A stretch of 63,747 nt of DNA, filler included. It is 13 parts of 13 records of this genome, joined end to end, with 100 filler letters (N's around TTAATTAATTAA, not from the genome) between each part and the next. Parts side by side here need not be neighbours in the genome. Positions count along the whole stretch, not along the records: positions 39,144 to 47,110 come from SRR7504441_8524; positions 47,211 to 50,317 come from SRR7504441_8525; positions 50,418 to 54,237 come from SRR7504441_8541; positions 54,338 to 57,589 come from SRR7504441_8542; positions 57,690 to 63,747 come from SRR7504441_8547; 8 more parts are not named here. One strand, written 5' to 3'. Positions 45,702-57,785 of the stretch are shown here, piece by piece. The notes beneath the pieces are model-generated. The model was given only the letters and a program-made list of their open reading frames with translations. It had not been told where the DNA came from and did no database searches. The position numbers were made by a program, and so were the translations under genes. Positions within the stretch are counted from its first letter, which is position 1. Each line of letters opens with the position of its first letter.

Positions 45702-47110
45702 TCAAGGAGCTCGTTCGCACACAAAAGGGTAGGTCTCGGCACATCCTTTGGAGTACCAACTCGCACCCTTTTTGGCAGCACACCTGCGCAGGAAGGTGAG
45801 CCAGAATGACACTGGCCTGGCAGATACCTCGGCGAGCCGTCATTCGACGTGGCTGGCTGGTTCCCGGCCCAGCTAGTGTACAAGCCATCAGCAGTGAACG
45901 CCACTTCACCAGTCACCCAGCGCCATTGTGTGCTTACCTCTGCGATCCCAAGCGTCAATAGACTCGGTGGGGCAGTGCTAAAATACCAGCATCTGTATAG
46001 CCGATCCAGTAGGTTGTGGCGGTGTTGTTGACCAGTGCGCTGACATATGCCTCCTCCGCAGCATCTTGGAAAGTTACTAGATGCGCCCCATCGGCAGTGC
46101 ACACAGCATAGGCGTCCAAATAGCTCCGAGCACTGGCGTAGTACTCATCTGCAAACGATATCAGAATTACGCTTGGTACAAGGGTAGACTCACAGCAGTG
46201 CCGGCTCGTGTAGTGCAGCTTCCTCCGGTTGCCGCCGTCGCACTTCTGGTAGATGCTGTCGGCCACAATATCTCCTTGGAAAACCGCGCCACCTACAAGC
46301 ACTCAGAATGCACTGGGCAAGGTAAGCACCCGCGAGCTCCATGTTTCCGGATGCATCGACAGCCATCAAAACTTCAGACTTCTTTGGGTCAGAGCAGAGC
46401 TCAGCCTCGACCGAAGGATCCGTGGTGTAGCACCTGCAGAGCAAATTATGAGGCTGTGAAGCAGATTTAGTCACCAAAGCCTGCCGCTCTGCGATGGGTC
46501 GCGGCAGTAGTTGTGATCGCCAGTGCCAGTGGCGCTGTCTGGGCCTGGGACGTAGTAGTTGTGCGCATGGGGGACTTGGACTGACCACTTCTGACACAGC
46601 CGGCCACTCTGGGTGACTGAGACCGTACCGCGGTACTTGGATAAGTCTAGGTCAAGCTGTTCACCCCGCTGGATTTCGTACCTTGAAGTGGTGCCAATAG
46701 CACCCACCCGCCAAAGATCGGCGTTGGTCCCCTGGAAAGAGATTGTGGCGTCTTTGACCTCGCCAGCTGTCAGGGAGATGCTGGCATGGTCGTGTTTGGA
46801 AGCCACGTTCATGATTGCTTCTCCTGAGGTCGATCCTTCAGCAGGCTGAGCGAGCAGATCGAACGAAACGTGGCTCGATGAAGCCGGGTTGGTCGAGAGT
46901 ACAGTGAGAGCTGCTCCTGCTGACCCAGCCGTCTGCAACATCATGTCGGCTTTCCCTGTGGGGTGTGTCGTCTTGAATTCGGTGGTGGCATCTCCGCCTC
47001 CTGACTCCATGTTCACTCTAACATTCTGGTGCTTCGAGTAAATCCGGACAGTCGCATCGCCTGATGTTGAAGAATCGCCCGAGGGCTCAGCAAGCACATC
47101 GAGGGTTGCG
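45702..47110 (-). CDS. Fibre-like beta repeat + kringle + C-type lectin protein, 5'-truncated
   Basis: Kringle YRGTVSVTQSGRLCQKW...HNYCRDP...W|CYTTD...ELC. Spliced CTL: HCY...AYAVC...GAHLVTF...YWIG...WRW...W...QP...RCA...WYSKGC...PFVCE*. Confidence 0.85.
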
Positions 47111-47314
47111 NNNNNNNNNNNNNNNNNNNNNNNNNNNNNNNNNNNNNNNNNNNNTTAATTAATTAANNNNNNNNNNNNNNNNNNNNNNNNNNNNNNNNNN
47201 NNNNNNNNNNCCTGCGCGCTCGGCCGGCCTCCCAGGCGAGGCCCAACCCGCCCAACCCGCCGCGCCATTCGCTGCCGTTTCTCCGCCGAGCCGAGGCTTC
47301 GTTTCACTCGCGAC

Positions 47315-48214
47315 ATGTTCATCCCGCGTCCGCCCGAAGAACTGTACCGCCCGCACCCGACCTGGGCGCCGTTCCCAGGAAGCCCGCCGCCGCCACCACC
47401 GCTGCCGATGGCCCCCGAGTTCCCGCGCAAGTCCTGGATGCTCGCTTCGCTGGCCCAGGCCCCGGCGGCGGCCGAGCCCGAGATCAAACTGACATACTTT
47501 GCGATCGCCGGAGTGGCCGAGCGGATCCGACTGGCTTTCCACATGTGCGCCGGCTGGGCCGCCGGGGACTCACGGCCCGGGCAGTGGCGGAATCCCGTTC
47601 GTGGACGAGCGGATCCAGTTCGCCGACTGGCCGGCGCTCAAGCCCACCACGCCGAACGGGCAGCTGCCGATCATGACCATTGGCAGCGGTCCAGCCATGT
47701 GCCAATCGAACGCGATGCTGCGGTACGCTGAGAAGCTGGCCGGTAGCAAACTAGCCGGCGACCTGCTCAAGACCGAGGTTGCGATCGGATACGCGCAGGA
47801 CTTCGATAAGGCTTGGGAGTGCGCCGGCCCGGCCGTATGGGGCTCAATGGCCGGGGCAGGCCATGTCTGTACCTAGGGATGCGGCCGACCAAGTATGGCT
47901 ACCCCGAGGATTTTAACAAGACCGAGTCGGGCAAGCAGCTGATCCAGTCAATGCGAGAGAAGTTTGTGGCTGAGACGCTGCCAGGGCTTCTGGAGACGTA
48001 CTCCAACATGATCACAGAGAACGGGGGCAAGTTCATCGCCGGACCCAGGCCCACTATCGCGGATTGCTGGATCGTGCCGCAGTTGAAGAATTTCACAAAG
48101 GGACACATTGACCATGTGCCGACCACAGTGCTGGAAGGGCACCCTGTGATCTTGGAGTACATGCAGCGGTTCTACAGCATCCCGGAGGTTGCCAAGTACA
48201 TGGACTCCCAGTGA
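47315..48214 (+). CDS. Glutathione S-transferase (sigma-like) with a Pro-rich N-terminal extension
   Basis: KLTYFAIAGVAERIRLAF, FVDERI, PNGQLP, QSNAMLRY, TIAD; two mini-introns; the true start may be further downstream. Confidence 0.88.
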
Positions 48215-48514
48215 GCAACCAAGTACAATATCTGATATTGATACGCACGGTACATGGTGGATTGAGCCAGAGAAGAATTAGATAGAGCCGCGGTCACGTA
48301 CGAGTAGCAACGATCGGGTCATCAATTACAAGTAGTATAGTATTTAAATGAATGCAAGCGAAACAGTTCGCCATAGCCTGCGGAGAACTCCCGGCTGCAT
48401 TGTCAGTAGATGTTGTACAGAGCGCTCTCATAACGCAGTGAGCACTCAACTGCTCAAGACTTGACCGGAATGAGATATCCGCGCCCGGTGTGCCCAAACG
48501 TGACCCAATGGCTG

Positions 48515-49248
48515 TCAGGGTTCTCGTGCACGGACCCAATCATACAGTTCCAGCGCTCCCTGTCGCCCCGCGTGTACGCCGTCTCTCCCATCCGGAGCTT
48601 GGGCTGCGATAGCCGGTTGCTCCAGTGCTCCGCTGGCAGCTGGCCGCTCGGGTGCGGTGTGCGCCCCCGCGGCGCTTGCGTCCACCTGGCACCACCCTCA
48701 GCCCCGACACACCGTTAGAGCGCACCCGTGCTTGCAGTGCTGCCGGGGCGGCATCTCCCGTGGTTGGACTGACGGCAGCGGGATCGTGGGCGTTTGTGAC
48801 CTCAAGGCTCCACCCTGAATGCTCCGCACCCGGTCGCGCAGCTTGGTCAGGTGCCGTCGGACCGTCAGATCACCCAGGGGGAGAGACGACCGCCCGAGCA
48901 GCGCGGCGGCCGCCGGACTGAGTGGCATTGGCGGCGGGGTGCTGCCCGGGATCGCCGGCGGGTCTGCTGCCGGGGTGCTGCCTCGCGAGGAGAGCCCTAC
49001 CTTGTGGTTGAAGGCCCGGCGAGCTGGCCCGAGCCTCCTAAGACCGAGCGGCCGCGCGGCGCACCTCGGAGCTCGGTGTCGATCACGGCGCGCCAGTTGA
49101 GGTCTTTGACCACCTCGCTGAACTTGTTTTCTCCTTTGAAGTGCAAGCCGCCCATCGAGGGGCCCCAGGACGGTCCGAGCGCGGTCGGGCCGAACATGGT
49201 CGGCACCGGTAAGAGCAGCTCGTCCGGGTGCACCGGCCGGCGAGACAT
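48515..49248 (-). CDS. Hypothetical Pro-rich protein, multi-exon; 3' end uncertain
   Basis: MSRRPVHPDELL... continues through a GT-AG intron into ARRAFNHK...LTKLRDR. Confidence 0.4.
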
Positions 49249-49334
49249 GATCTTAAGTTGTCCCCCGACAGGGCTTATTCGGGCCGGTCACAACGGCAAC
49301 TGAATCCCAAAGCGGCAGCCTGTGGTAGGCGGCG

Positions 49335-49974
49335 ATGGGCGGAGGCCAGTCAATCAACAAAATAGACAGGGACCGGTACAGATACGGGCTTTGCACCTGC
49401 GCGCCGCACGGCGCCACCAAGCCGGTCGGCAGCAGAATGAGCAGGGCCGACTTCGAGGTGACCTCCAGCCGCGGCTCGGCGCCAGCCCCGGGTGCAGCGA
49501 AAGATCGGGAGCCTCGGGTTCGGCGTGCTGGACCGGAATGTGGCCGCTGGGCTGGCCGGCTGTGAGGCGTGGACTGCAGGGATCGGAGAAGCTGTCTGCC
49601 AAAGAGTGGGTGAAGGCCTTTGACGAGATCGATACAGACCACGGTGCGCGGCTCGGGGTGGGCAAAGGGAGCCGGCTGCAGATGGCGTGATCACGCAGCG
49701 TGAGTGGGAGAGCTGCTTTGGACGAAACAGCACCTTTAGAGTCTGGGACTCGGACCATAGCGGCGCTATAGACTACGACGAGTGGAAGAAAATATTTAAG
49801 AGCCGCAGGATACCTCGGCGTGAGCCAGGTGGTCCAGCCCCAGTGGTGGCCAGGAATCCTTTTGCTGACCCTAACCACCAAGCGTGTGATCGGCAAGGAG
49901 CCGTGGTTCAAAAAACACACCTGAGCACTGGGGAGACGTGCGACGCCGACAAGTATAGTCATCTACGCCGATGA
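49335..49974 (+). CDS. N-myristoylated EF-hand protein
   Basis: MGGGQS N-terminus; AFDEIDTDH|DGVITQREW and WDSDHSGAIDYDEW EF-hands after splicing. Confidence 0.7.
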
Positions 49975-50195
49975 TTCAATACTAGTAAAGGTCCTAACGA
50001 CACCCACGACGGCGCACGGTGCCCAGGTAGGTGCGCTCGTTGGGCGTGTTGTAGCACGAGCATACCGTACTTCTACCGTTCTACCGGGCCAGCCGCCCGA
50101 GCCGCCGGGGAGACCAGGACCTCGGCAGGTGGGTTGGGACTAAAATCTCAACGGACTTTCAGCTCCATTGAACAGGCCACGCGCGGCGCACCCCG

Positions 50196-50317
50196 ATGGA
50201 GGATCCCTTGTTTCTCGGGCCTCGGGCCTCCGAGGAGGTCGAGATGATTGTCACTCCGTCGCACTCATCGGAGATGTACGTGCGGGTGGACGACGGCGAC
50301 GAGCTCTCCCCGACCTC
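50196..50317 (+). CDS. 5' end of a hypothetical protein
   Basis: MEDPLFLGPRASEEVEMIV... open to the contig end. Confidence 0.3.
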
Positions 50318-50638
50318 NNNNNNNNNNNNNNNNNNNNNNNNNNNNNNNNNNNNNNNNNNNNTTAATTAATTAANNNNNNNNNNNNNNNNNNNNNNNNNNN
50401 NNNNNNNNNNNNNNNNNATAGATTTGATGGGTCCCAACTGCGCAAACCCAATAAACCGAGGGCTGTAGGCCCGTATACAGTCCCGAGGGGTCCTTCCTTA
50501 TACATGTACTATTTTAATAGAAGCGTCGTGTGCTTGGTTTGAGCCCGCCCTGACTCGTACGCTCTCGTACTGACAACAAACCGAAATCAAATGACGTTGA
50601 TTGAAGCGCTAGCCTCGATCCCGCACGAACAGCCGCAC

Positions 50639-50671
50639 GCAGCCCCGCAGCCCCGCAGCCCCCGCAGCCCC
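50639..50671. repeat. (GCAGCCCC)4 tandem repeat
   Basis: Four near-perfect 8-9 nt units upstream of the PQ-loop gene. Confidence 0.7.
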
Positions 50672-50810
50672 TGGGAGACACAGCCAGCCGTCGAGTGGGC
50701 AGACCAGGACGGCCAGTGTCCTTCAGCCGGCCCCGCCTGTGAGCACTACCGATACCTCAGAACGCGAGTGAGCTGCTCGGAGCCCGCTGCTCGGTGCGGG
50801 CGGCTGTGCG

Positions 50811-51361
50811 ATGTCCGATGACCTGTTTAAGTGGCTGGGCCTTATCGGCGGCTGCAGCATCTCGGCCTCCCTAGTGCCGCAGCTCTGGAAGACGTTGGCC
50901 ACCCGGAGCACAGCCGACCTCGCATGGTCGTGGCAGATTATATACATCTTCGGGCTTTCGCTGGCGCTGGCGTACGCGCTCAAGTTCAACTTGTGGCCCA
51001 TGTACGACCCTAAAGTTACATAGAGGATATGTTGTGAGAGCTCAAGGGCTTGTTGGGCCAGGTACGTGCCCGGCATTTTCGAGCAACTCTGCATTATGTG
51101 GCTCACCTGGCTCAAGGTGTGATTTAAACTCCAATCAACTCCGCCGACGAGCGCTTGTGATCTGGTTCTGGGCAGTTTTACTACGAGGTCCTGGGTTATG
51201 GGCCCAAGCAAGAGGCATCAAGCGACGGCATGCCGAGGGGTCAGGACGGCTCCGGCTCTAGCACGCCAATTAGCGAGACGAAGAGCACCGACAGCAATCA
51301 TGTGATGATGCCCGATTCTGAAGTAGTTGTTGAGAGCAATAGAATGCACCATTCTACATAA
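50811..51361 (+). CDS. SemiSWEET/PQ-loop-like 3-TM protein
   Basis: LGLIGG...LVPQLWKTLATRSTADLAW...GLSLALAYAL...PM|YVPG...LTWLK|FYY; two introns; hydrophilic C-terminal tail. Confidence 0.75.
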
Positions 51362-51588
51362 ATGTAAGAATCGTGCGCGAGATAAATTTATGGCATGGAG
51401 TATATTTGCAGCTGTAACTGCTCCTTTTGTGTTATACTTGTACCGTACTTGTACCGGAAATTCAATCGCTTCGAATCGGATTACTGTAGGATTATTGTAG
51501 GTCTACCGTTGATAACATTAATACGGATTTTATGAACCTAGGTACGGATTAGCTTAGTATCTATTATTGGATTCCATCATTAGCATCG

Positions 51589-54237
51589 CTAGCCTTTCGA
51601 GTCAACGAGCGGAATTGTAAATTGGAAGACATGACCTTGAGCGTCGCCTACCCAAAGCGCCTGATGCGTCTCGTCCCTTGGAATGTGCAGTGCAGTTATT
51701 GCGATATCTTGATTACAGACCTGCAATACACCACTCAACCGCATCTAATCCAGTGCATGTGTACCTTGATGGTACGAAGCCTCATTTTCCTGCCAGTGAC
51801 ATCATCAGCGATAGAAATTGTTCTTCGCTCGTCGCATGAAATGCTCCAAAAACGGACAGACCCATCTACATGGCCAGATACATAGACGTTGTCCTCGTCC
51901 CAATCGTCACCGCACGAATAGGCGACACAGGTTATCTGCGGCACGTCCATGCGTACTACACCTCCGTGAGAAATACAATCCTCTGTTATCCCCAGCAGCC
52001 GCCCATTGATAGTCCACACCAGCAAATTGTCCTCAGTTGCCACGAGCAACGCTCCAGTGCACACGTGCACCTCACAGCAAACAATTGGCGCCTTTAACTT
52101 GCATACTGTCCGGATGTGGCGCATCTTCACCAAGTCCCACCTATCACATTCAAATCAGAATTTGTCACGCTAGGCAACAGGCCACTTACAGCATCACCAG
52201 ACCGTCCCTATCGCCAGAGAGCACTACACCGAAGTCCTTTGACACAGCCACGGTTGTAATCATTGCATTGTGCCCACATAATGATCCCCTGTGCTTGAGC
52301 CGCCACGGTTCCTCCTTCTTCGGGTCGGAGATAAGGTCCCAAACGTGCACCAGGGTGTCCTCCCCTCCGCTCACCACACACTTTGAATCGCGAGTGGCGC
52401 ACAGGGCGGATATCCGACCTTGATGAAGCCGATCAATCGGATTGAACTCGTGCTTGCGCTTCTCCTTGACCAACCCAAAGGTAACGCACCCGTCGTCCCT
52501 CCACCAGGACATATAGGTCTCGGCTTTGGGCAATAACATGACACTATGAAGAGGACAGCAACGGACTTTGGAATCCTTGGTCTTCATACCTCCAATTCCA
52601 TAGCTTGCATGACTGACCTGCTTGCCTACGACGCTCTCCGGTGCCTTGTGTAATGCCTGGGCTTGAAGATTCCGCGGGAGTCTCGAGGGATGGGGATCCT
52701 CAAAGATCTGGGATGGGGTTTGGCCAAAGTTGGTGATTTGGTCTGTCAATGCCCTCCGCTCAACTTCGTCGGCCACTTCATCGATGTTAACAGCGCCTTC
52801 ATAGGTCAGGTGATAGAATACATTGAGGGCATCGATTGCGGCTTGGCCAAGCTGCTTGTATCCAAAAATCAGGTCTATCCACTGGTGCAAGTGCAAAGAG
52901 ACATACTCCGACTCCAGTGCCTGTCGGTTCTTTTGAATGAATACTAGAGGATCCCCATGAGCCCATGGTGGTAACAAGCAATCGTCGACAACTCTGCCAT
53001 ACTGCGTGGTACCTAACTTGACATCATTCGAATTAACCAGAAAGTCTGGCAGATAGAAGAACTCAGGGATCAGTTCCTTCACATCCGATAAGTTAGCAGC
53101 GTCGTTCTTTCCTGATGCTGCCTCCCATGACTCTTGGATGGACTGAAACAGCCGGTCAGCGACATCGAAGTTACCGCCCTGAAATTGCTTGGCAAACTTG
53201 GTAAAGGGTTCCAGTCGGACTAGGAAATGGAGTACAATGCCCGCAGAAGAGTAATGCGAGCCGTAGTGAAATTGAGGTATCTCGCCAGACGGGTCTTCCC
53301 ATCCGTCGTAGCGCTGCGCAAAAGCTCTAGCGCGGGTGGGCATTTGAGCCCCCATTGGCTTTGACAGATCACGGTACGCGCGCTCGTCTTGTAGGTCGAT
53401 TTCTTGAGATGAATAGTCCGCTAACACCCATGGAAACACTGGGTAACAATTCAGCTCATTGTAAGATCGTCCAGCGATCATATTCAGCTGCATCAAATAG
53501 TCAAAATTTGAGATGTCGCGCTCTTGCCAGCGCTGCGTCACACTCTTGTGAAAGTTGAGGATGCGCTTGACTACAGTAAATGCACTCTGATGCTTACCGA
53601 CCTCGTGGCCCACTTGCAAGGCCACGTGATTAGGAAGCTCAAGCTTCCCAAACTGCTTGAACACCTTGTTCCGTTCCTTTGGACTGTCAAGCACCACGTA
53701 CATTGATCTTCCGTTCGTCCGGAAGACCTCCAGTCCAGTAGCACAGAGCAAGTAATTTCTCTTGAGGAAATCTCTGATGTCACTGTACATCCACCTCGTG
53801 CGTCCTGTTGCACTGTCTACACCAAACCCACTGCCTTCGTCTGCTTCGTCAATCTCGCAGATCTCGCCATTCTCGCTCACAGAGAAGTGATCAAGCACAT
53901 ACAGACTTAGTTGGCCGAAAAGAAGAATTCCCCTGACTTTGTCCAGACCTCTGATCGATGTGCAGTTGAAGCAGCATCTGATGGTGTCGTCGCGGTCTAG
54001 CATCTGTTTGACCCGTTTGCTCACAGAAATCAGCTTCATTTTCTTCTTCCTTGTTGACTCAGATCGCATCCGCACAATTCTGGCTGGAGATGTCTCCATC
54101 AGCATGTCTAGATTGTCTTGACTGTCCCTAAGATCCACAGTATCTTCGCTGTCCCTTCGGTCTGGCTCCTCGCTGTCCTGTCTTACCTTGTGCGAGCCTG
54201 GGCTGAAAGTAGCTTCGGGGGCTGCTCCAACCGGGCT
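51589..54237 (-). CDS. PH-BEACH-WD40 protein (BEACH family), 5'-truncated
   Basis: ISNFDYLMQLN..AGRSYN, YPVFPWVL, RDLSKPMG, HYGSHYSS, DVKELIPEFF, HLHQWIDLIFGYKQ, FGQTP, followed by WD40 repeats. Confidence 0.95.
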
Positions 54238-54337
54238 NNNNNNNNNNNNNNNNNNNNNNNNNNNNNNNNNNNNNNNNNNNNTTAATTAATTAANNNNNNN
54301 NNNNNNNNNNNNNNNNNNNNNNNNNNNNNNNNNNNNN

Positions 54338-54560
54338 GCTGGAGGAGGTGGCGGTGGCCAACACGGTGCCGCTCAAACCGGACGTGGCAGCCAAATGTAA
54401 GAAGATTCAGATGCTGTCGGTGGGCAAGCTGCTGGCTGAGACAATCAAGCGCGTGCACTGCGGGGCGTCGCTCTCTGAGATGTTTGACAGCTCGAGCAAC
54501 GGACTGCTCAGCTCGCCCGCATCGCCCATGGCTAGCCCCATGCCCGCGGCGTCTTGCTAG
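54338..54560 (+). CDS. PRPS: Ribose-phosphate pyrophosphokinase C-terminal fragment
   Basis: LEEVAVANTVP...KIQMLSVGKLLAETIKRVH...SLSEMF. Confidence 0.8.
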
Positions 54561-54820
54561 ACGCTTGCTATAGTCCAAGCAAATTAAGCCGACACGACAC
54601 ACCCTCGATTGTGCATTAACTTAGATAGTAGAGGGCGGACAGAGTTCCCTGTAGGAAGGTCATTAGTTAGAAGGAAGTTCCCTAGAAATTCCCCATCAAC
54701 CGCGAATAATTTAAATCAAATGGAACATACGGAGTTTAGTATCATCAAAAAACCGATCAAACGCACTTGGCCATGCTGATTGCTGATCGACCGTTGTAGG
54801 CTCGCTGGCCTTTCGAGGAC

Positions 54821-56215
54821 ATGAGCGGCAGAACTCCTCGGCGTCGGTCGGCGACCGAGTGCACGCCACCGGCATCATTCACCAGCTCATTCAGCAGCGT
54901 GGCGAGTGACTCCAAGCTGGCTTCGCTCGGCGAGCTCGGCAAGCGGAAGACCGGGTCCTCCGGTGAGCAGCAGGACGACGAGCCGTGCCGCGTGGGGCTG
55001 CTGGACGACGAACGATATACCAGCGAGGACAAGTGGCAGATTGGCTGCTTCTGGCTGGCTGGGCTGCTCAACAACAGCAGCTACGTGATCATGATCGCGG
55101 CCGCCAAGGAGATCATCAGCGGGGGGGTGGGTCTCGTCTTCCTGGCCGGCACCGTGCCTTCCTTCCTGGTGAGCACCACCGCGCCGTACTGGTTCCACCG
55201 GGTGCCGTACGGGATCCGCTTCGTGGTGGCCGGGTTACTCATGTGCGGCTCATACCTCACTGTAGCCTTGGCGCCTGACCAGACCGTAGCGCTGATCGGC
55301 GTGGTGTTCGCCTCCATCCAGGGTGGGCTCGGGGAACCTTCGTTCCTCGCGCTGGCCTCGCTCTACAGGAAGAAAGAGGCCTACCTGACCGCCTGGTCCA
55401 GCGGGACCGGCTTCGCTGGCGTGTTCGGGTATGGCTGGCTCACGTTCCTGCATCAGATAGGTGGGCTCTCATTCAGGGACACAATGCTCATAGCCAACTC
55501 CCTGGCCGTCTGCTGGCTGGTCGGGTGCCACTGGCTGGTGGTCCGCCCACCAGGGGTTGGATGGTACTGTCGGTCCGACGAGCACAGGCTTGTGCCGGGT
55601 GAGGCGCCCGAGGTGGCTCGACAGGAATCATTCGACGAGGGCGAGGAGGAGGACGACCCCGTGATGACCTCCTGCTTCAGCCGGTTTAGATTCGTTGTGA
55701 CCAAGCTGTGGCCGTACACCATACCGCTGGTAGTGGTGTACGTTTCCGAGTACGCCATGCAGTCAGGCTGCTGGGCCGCTATAGGCTTCCCTGTGCATGA
55801 AAAGTCTGCTAGGGACAAGTTCTACTTGTATGGCAACTTCTGCTACCAAGGCGGCGTGTTTGTGTCCCGCTCCTCGGGGATGCTCTTCAGAGCCAACCGA
55901 GCTACCCTTTGGGCAATGCCAGCATTGCAGGCAGCGCTGCTTGTCTTTTTCTATACCGACGCCCAGTGGCAGTACTGGTATGATTGGGGGCTACTCGGCC
56001 CGTGTGTCATGTCCGGGCTGCTGGGTGGAGCGGTATACGTCAATGCGCTCACCCTGATCTGCGCCGAGGTGGAGCCCAAGTATCAAGAGTTTTCACTGAC
56101 GGCTGTGGCCACCGCCTTCTCTTTGGGAATCGTGATTGCAAATGGCGTTGGGCTTATCATGCAATGCGAGCTATACAAGGTGCACAGCATCTCTGGCGCC
56201 TCGCTGAGCTGCTGA
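54821..56215 (+). CDS. CLN3: CLN3/battenin (BTN1) family transporter
   Basis: FWLAGLLNNSSYVIM, GGLGE, AWSSGTGFAG, PLVVVYVSEY, YQGGVFVSRSS, GLLGGAVYVN; intronless. Confidence 0.92.
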   Translation: MSGRTPRRRSATECTPPASFTSSFSSVASDSKLASLGELGKRKTGSSGEQQDDEPCRVGLLDDERYTSEDKWQIGCFWLAGLLNNSSYVIMIAAAKEIISGGVGLVFLAGTVPSFLVSTTAPYWFHRVPYGIRFVVAGLLMCGSYLTVALAPDQTVALIGVVFASIQGGLGEPSFLALASLYRKKEAYLTAWSSGTGFAGVFGYGWLTFLHQIGGLSFRDTMLIANSLAVCWLVGCHWLVVRPPGVGWYCRSDEHRLVPGEAPEVARQESFDEGEEEDDPVMTSCFSRFRFVVTKLWPYTIPLVVVYVSEYAMQSGCWAAIGFPVHEKSARDKFYLYGNFCYQGGVFVSRSSGMLFRANRATLWAMPALQAALLVFFYTDAQWQYWYDWGLLGPCVMSGLLGGAVYVNALTLICAEVEPKYQEFSLTAVATAFSLGIVIANGVGLIMQCELYKVHSISGASLSC

Positions 56216-56414
56216 TTGCATGCATGCATCAGCCTGGCATCAGGCAATCAATTCAAAATTACATTTTATGCAAGTTTGTACAATGCAATTACATTTCATG
56301 CATTTCTTCGCATGCATTTCGAGGTTTTATTTTCTATATTTGTTTTCAAATTCGTACAATCCTATGATTGTAATGATCTATAAGCAGTGCCTCCAACAAG
56401 TGCATTTAGATCTG

Positions 56415-57589
56415 TCATCGCTGTCTTGGTGTGAAAACCTTGCGCTCTTGCATCTCTAAAGACGATTCAGAATCAAGTTCAGCTAGAGCAGGCTCGGCCA
56501 AATTGAGCCTCTCTAAGCTAGCTTCGATCGACAAACTCATTGAGTCGGTCGTGGCTGACAGCACTGGCAAGGTTCAACAACTAATCACTTCCTACAAGTA
56601 TATGGTTACCAGGTGAGCGCTGTTCGTGGCTTCGACTTCGTGACGATCGGTCACGGTTTGGGGTTGATGTTTGAGATAGTTGTTGAGTGGCTCTCAGAAC
56701 TGAACGAACCCTCGAATCCCTGGGACTCCAGATCTTCCGATTTTGATCCTGAAGTGAACATGAAAACGTGGACAAGAGCAGCCACTGTTAGAGGGGGCTG
56801 CATACCTTGCGAATTGCAAGTCCAGCCTCTGTTTCGAGTTTGTTCTTCCAGTGTGTGATTTTTGCATGGAGTTCACTGTACGACAAGCAATTGTCCGGAT
56901 CGGCGTACTCACTTGCTGGATTGTCACAGCCGTCCATCAGCTCGAAAATCTCAGTCAGCATCCAATCACTGTTCTTTGTGTTGACCAGGCCTCGGCAGCC
57001 TTCCAACCATTCGTCTAGTTCTAGTCGGCCATCCGCATTCCGGTTCAGCCTCTGGAATAGCCTGTATCCGGAGCGGTGGACCATCACCTGCAGCGATTCG
57101 GGGTCCAGTTGGATCCGTTGGGTGATCTTGAATTCGGCCCGCCCCGACAGTGCTCCGACCTGCCACCCGCCTCAGGTGGGCACCCCGGCAGGCACCGGCT
57201 CGGGGCTCCCTGTGGCAGTCGGTTGGATGCTGACCTGCTCCTCGCTGCCCTTAGACACTAGCCGGCAGCCCCATCCGCAGCTCGCACTCATCCGCTCCAC
57301 GCAGCGCCACCTGCCGCTTTTGTCCTTGCCGACCGTTAAAGAAGACCGTTGAATGTGCGGCAGTTATCTACAGTTAGGTTGACTCTCAGCCGTCTCAGGT
57401 TTGCCCGACTCGACGTGTAGCTGATTCTTCTCCATGTGGACCGCTGGTGGCTTCTCAGGCTCCAAGTGTACCGTGCGCAGCTTCTTGGTGGCCGCGACCT
57501 TGGGCAACGTCAGTGGCGCTATCAGGGTATCCAAGGGTCATCCTGATGGTGTTTAAGGTCATGGATAGATGACCGAACGTCCATAAGTG
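56415..57589 (-). CDS. EF-hand-containing protein, multi-exon, 5'-truncated
   Basis: LFQRLNRNADGRLELDEW and FELMD...DNCLSYSEL; exon boundaries approximate. Confidence 0.55.
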
Positions 57590-57785
57590 NNNNNNNNNNN
57601 NNNNNNNNNNNNNNNNNNNNNNNNNNNNNNNNNTTAATTAATTAANNNNNNNNNNNNNNNNNNNNNNNNNNNNNNNNNNNNNNNNNNNNGCTGGGTCAGA
57701 TCCTTGTTGGCCGGCATTGGCGCGCGATCGAGATGGCCGTTTTCTTGTTTGCCGTTGACGTTAACGGCAAGTTCCCGCGCGAAAG

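Noticed and set aside
49990-50170. Structured ncRNA (minus-strand GAAAGTCC resembling RNase P/MRP; small hairpin near 50133-50152)
   Set aside because: I could not find a complementary P4 partner or other conserved regions. An Infernal/Rfam scan would settle it.
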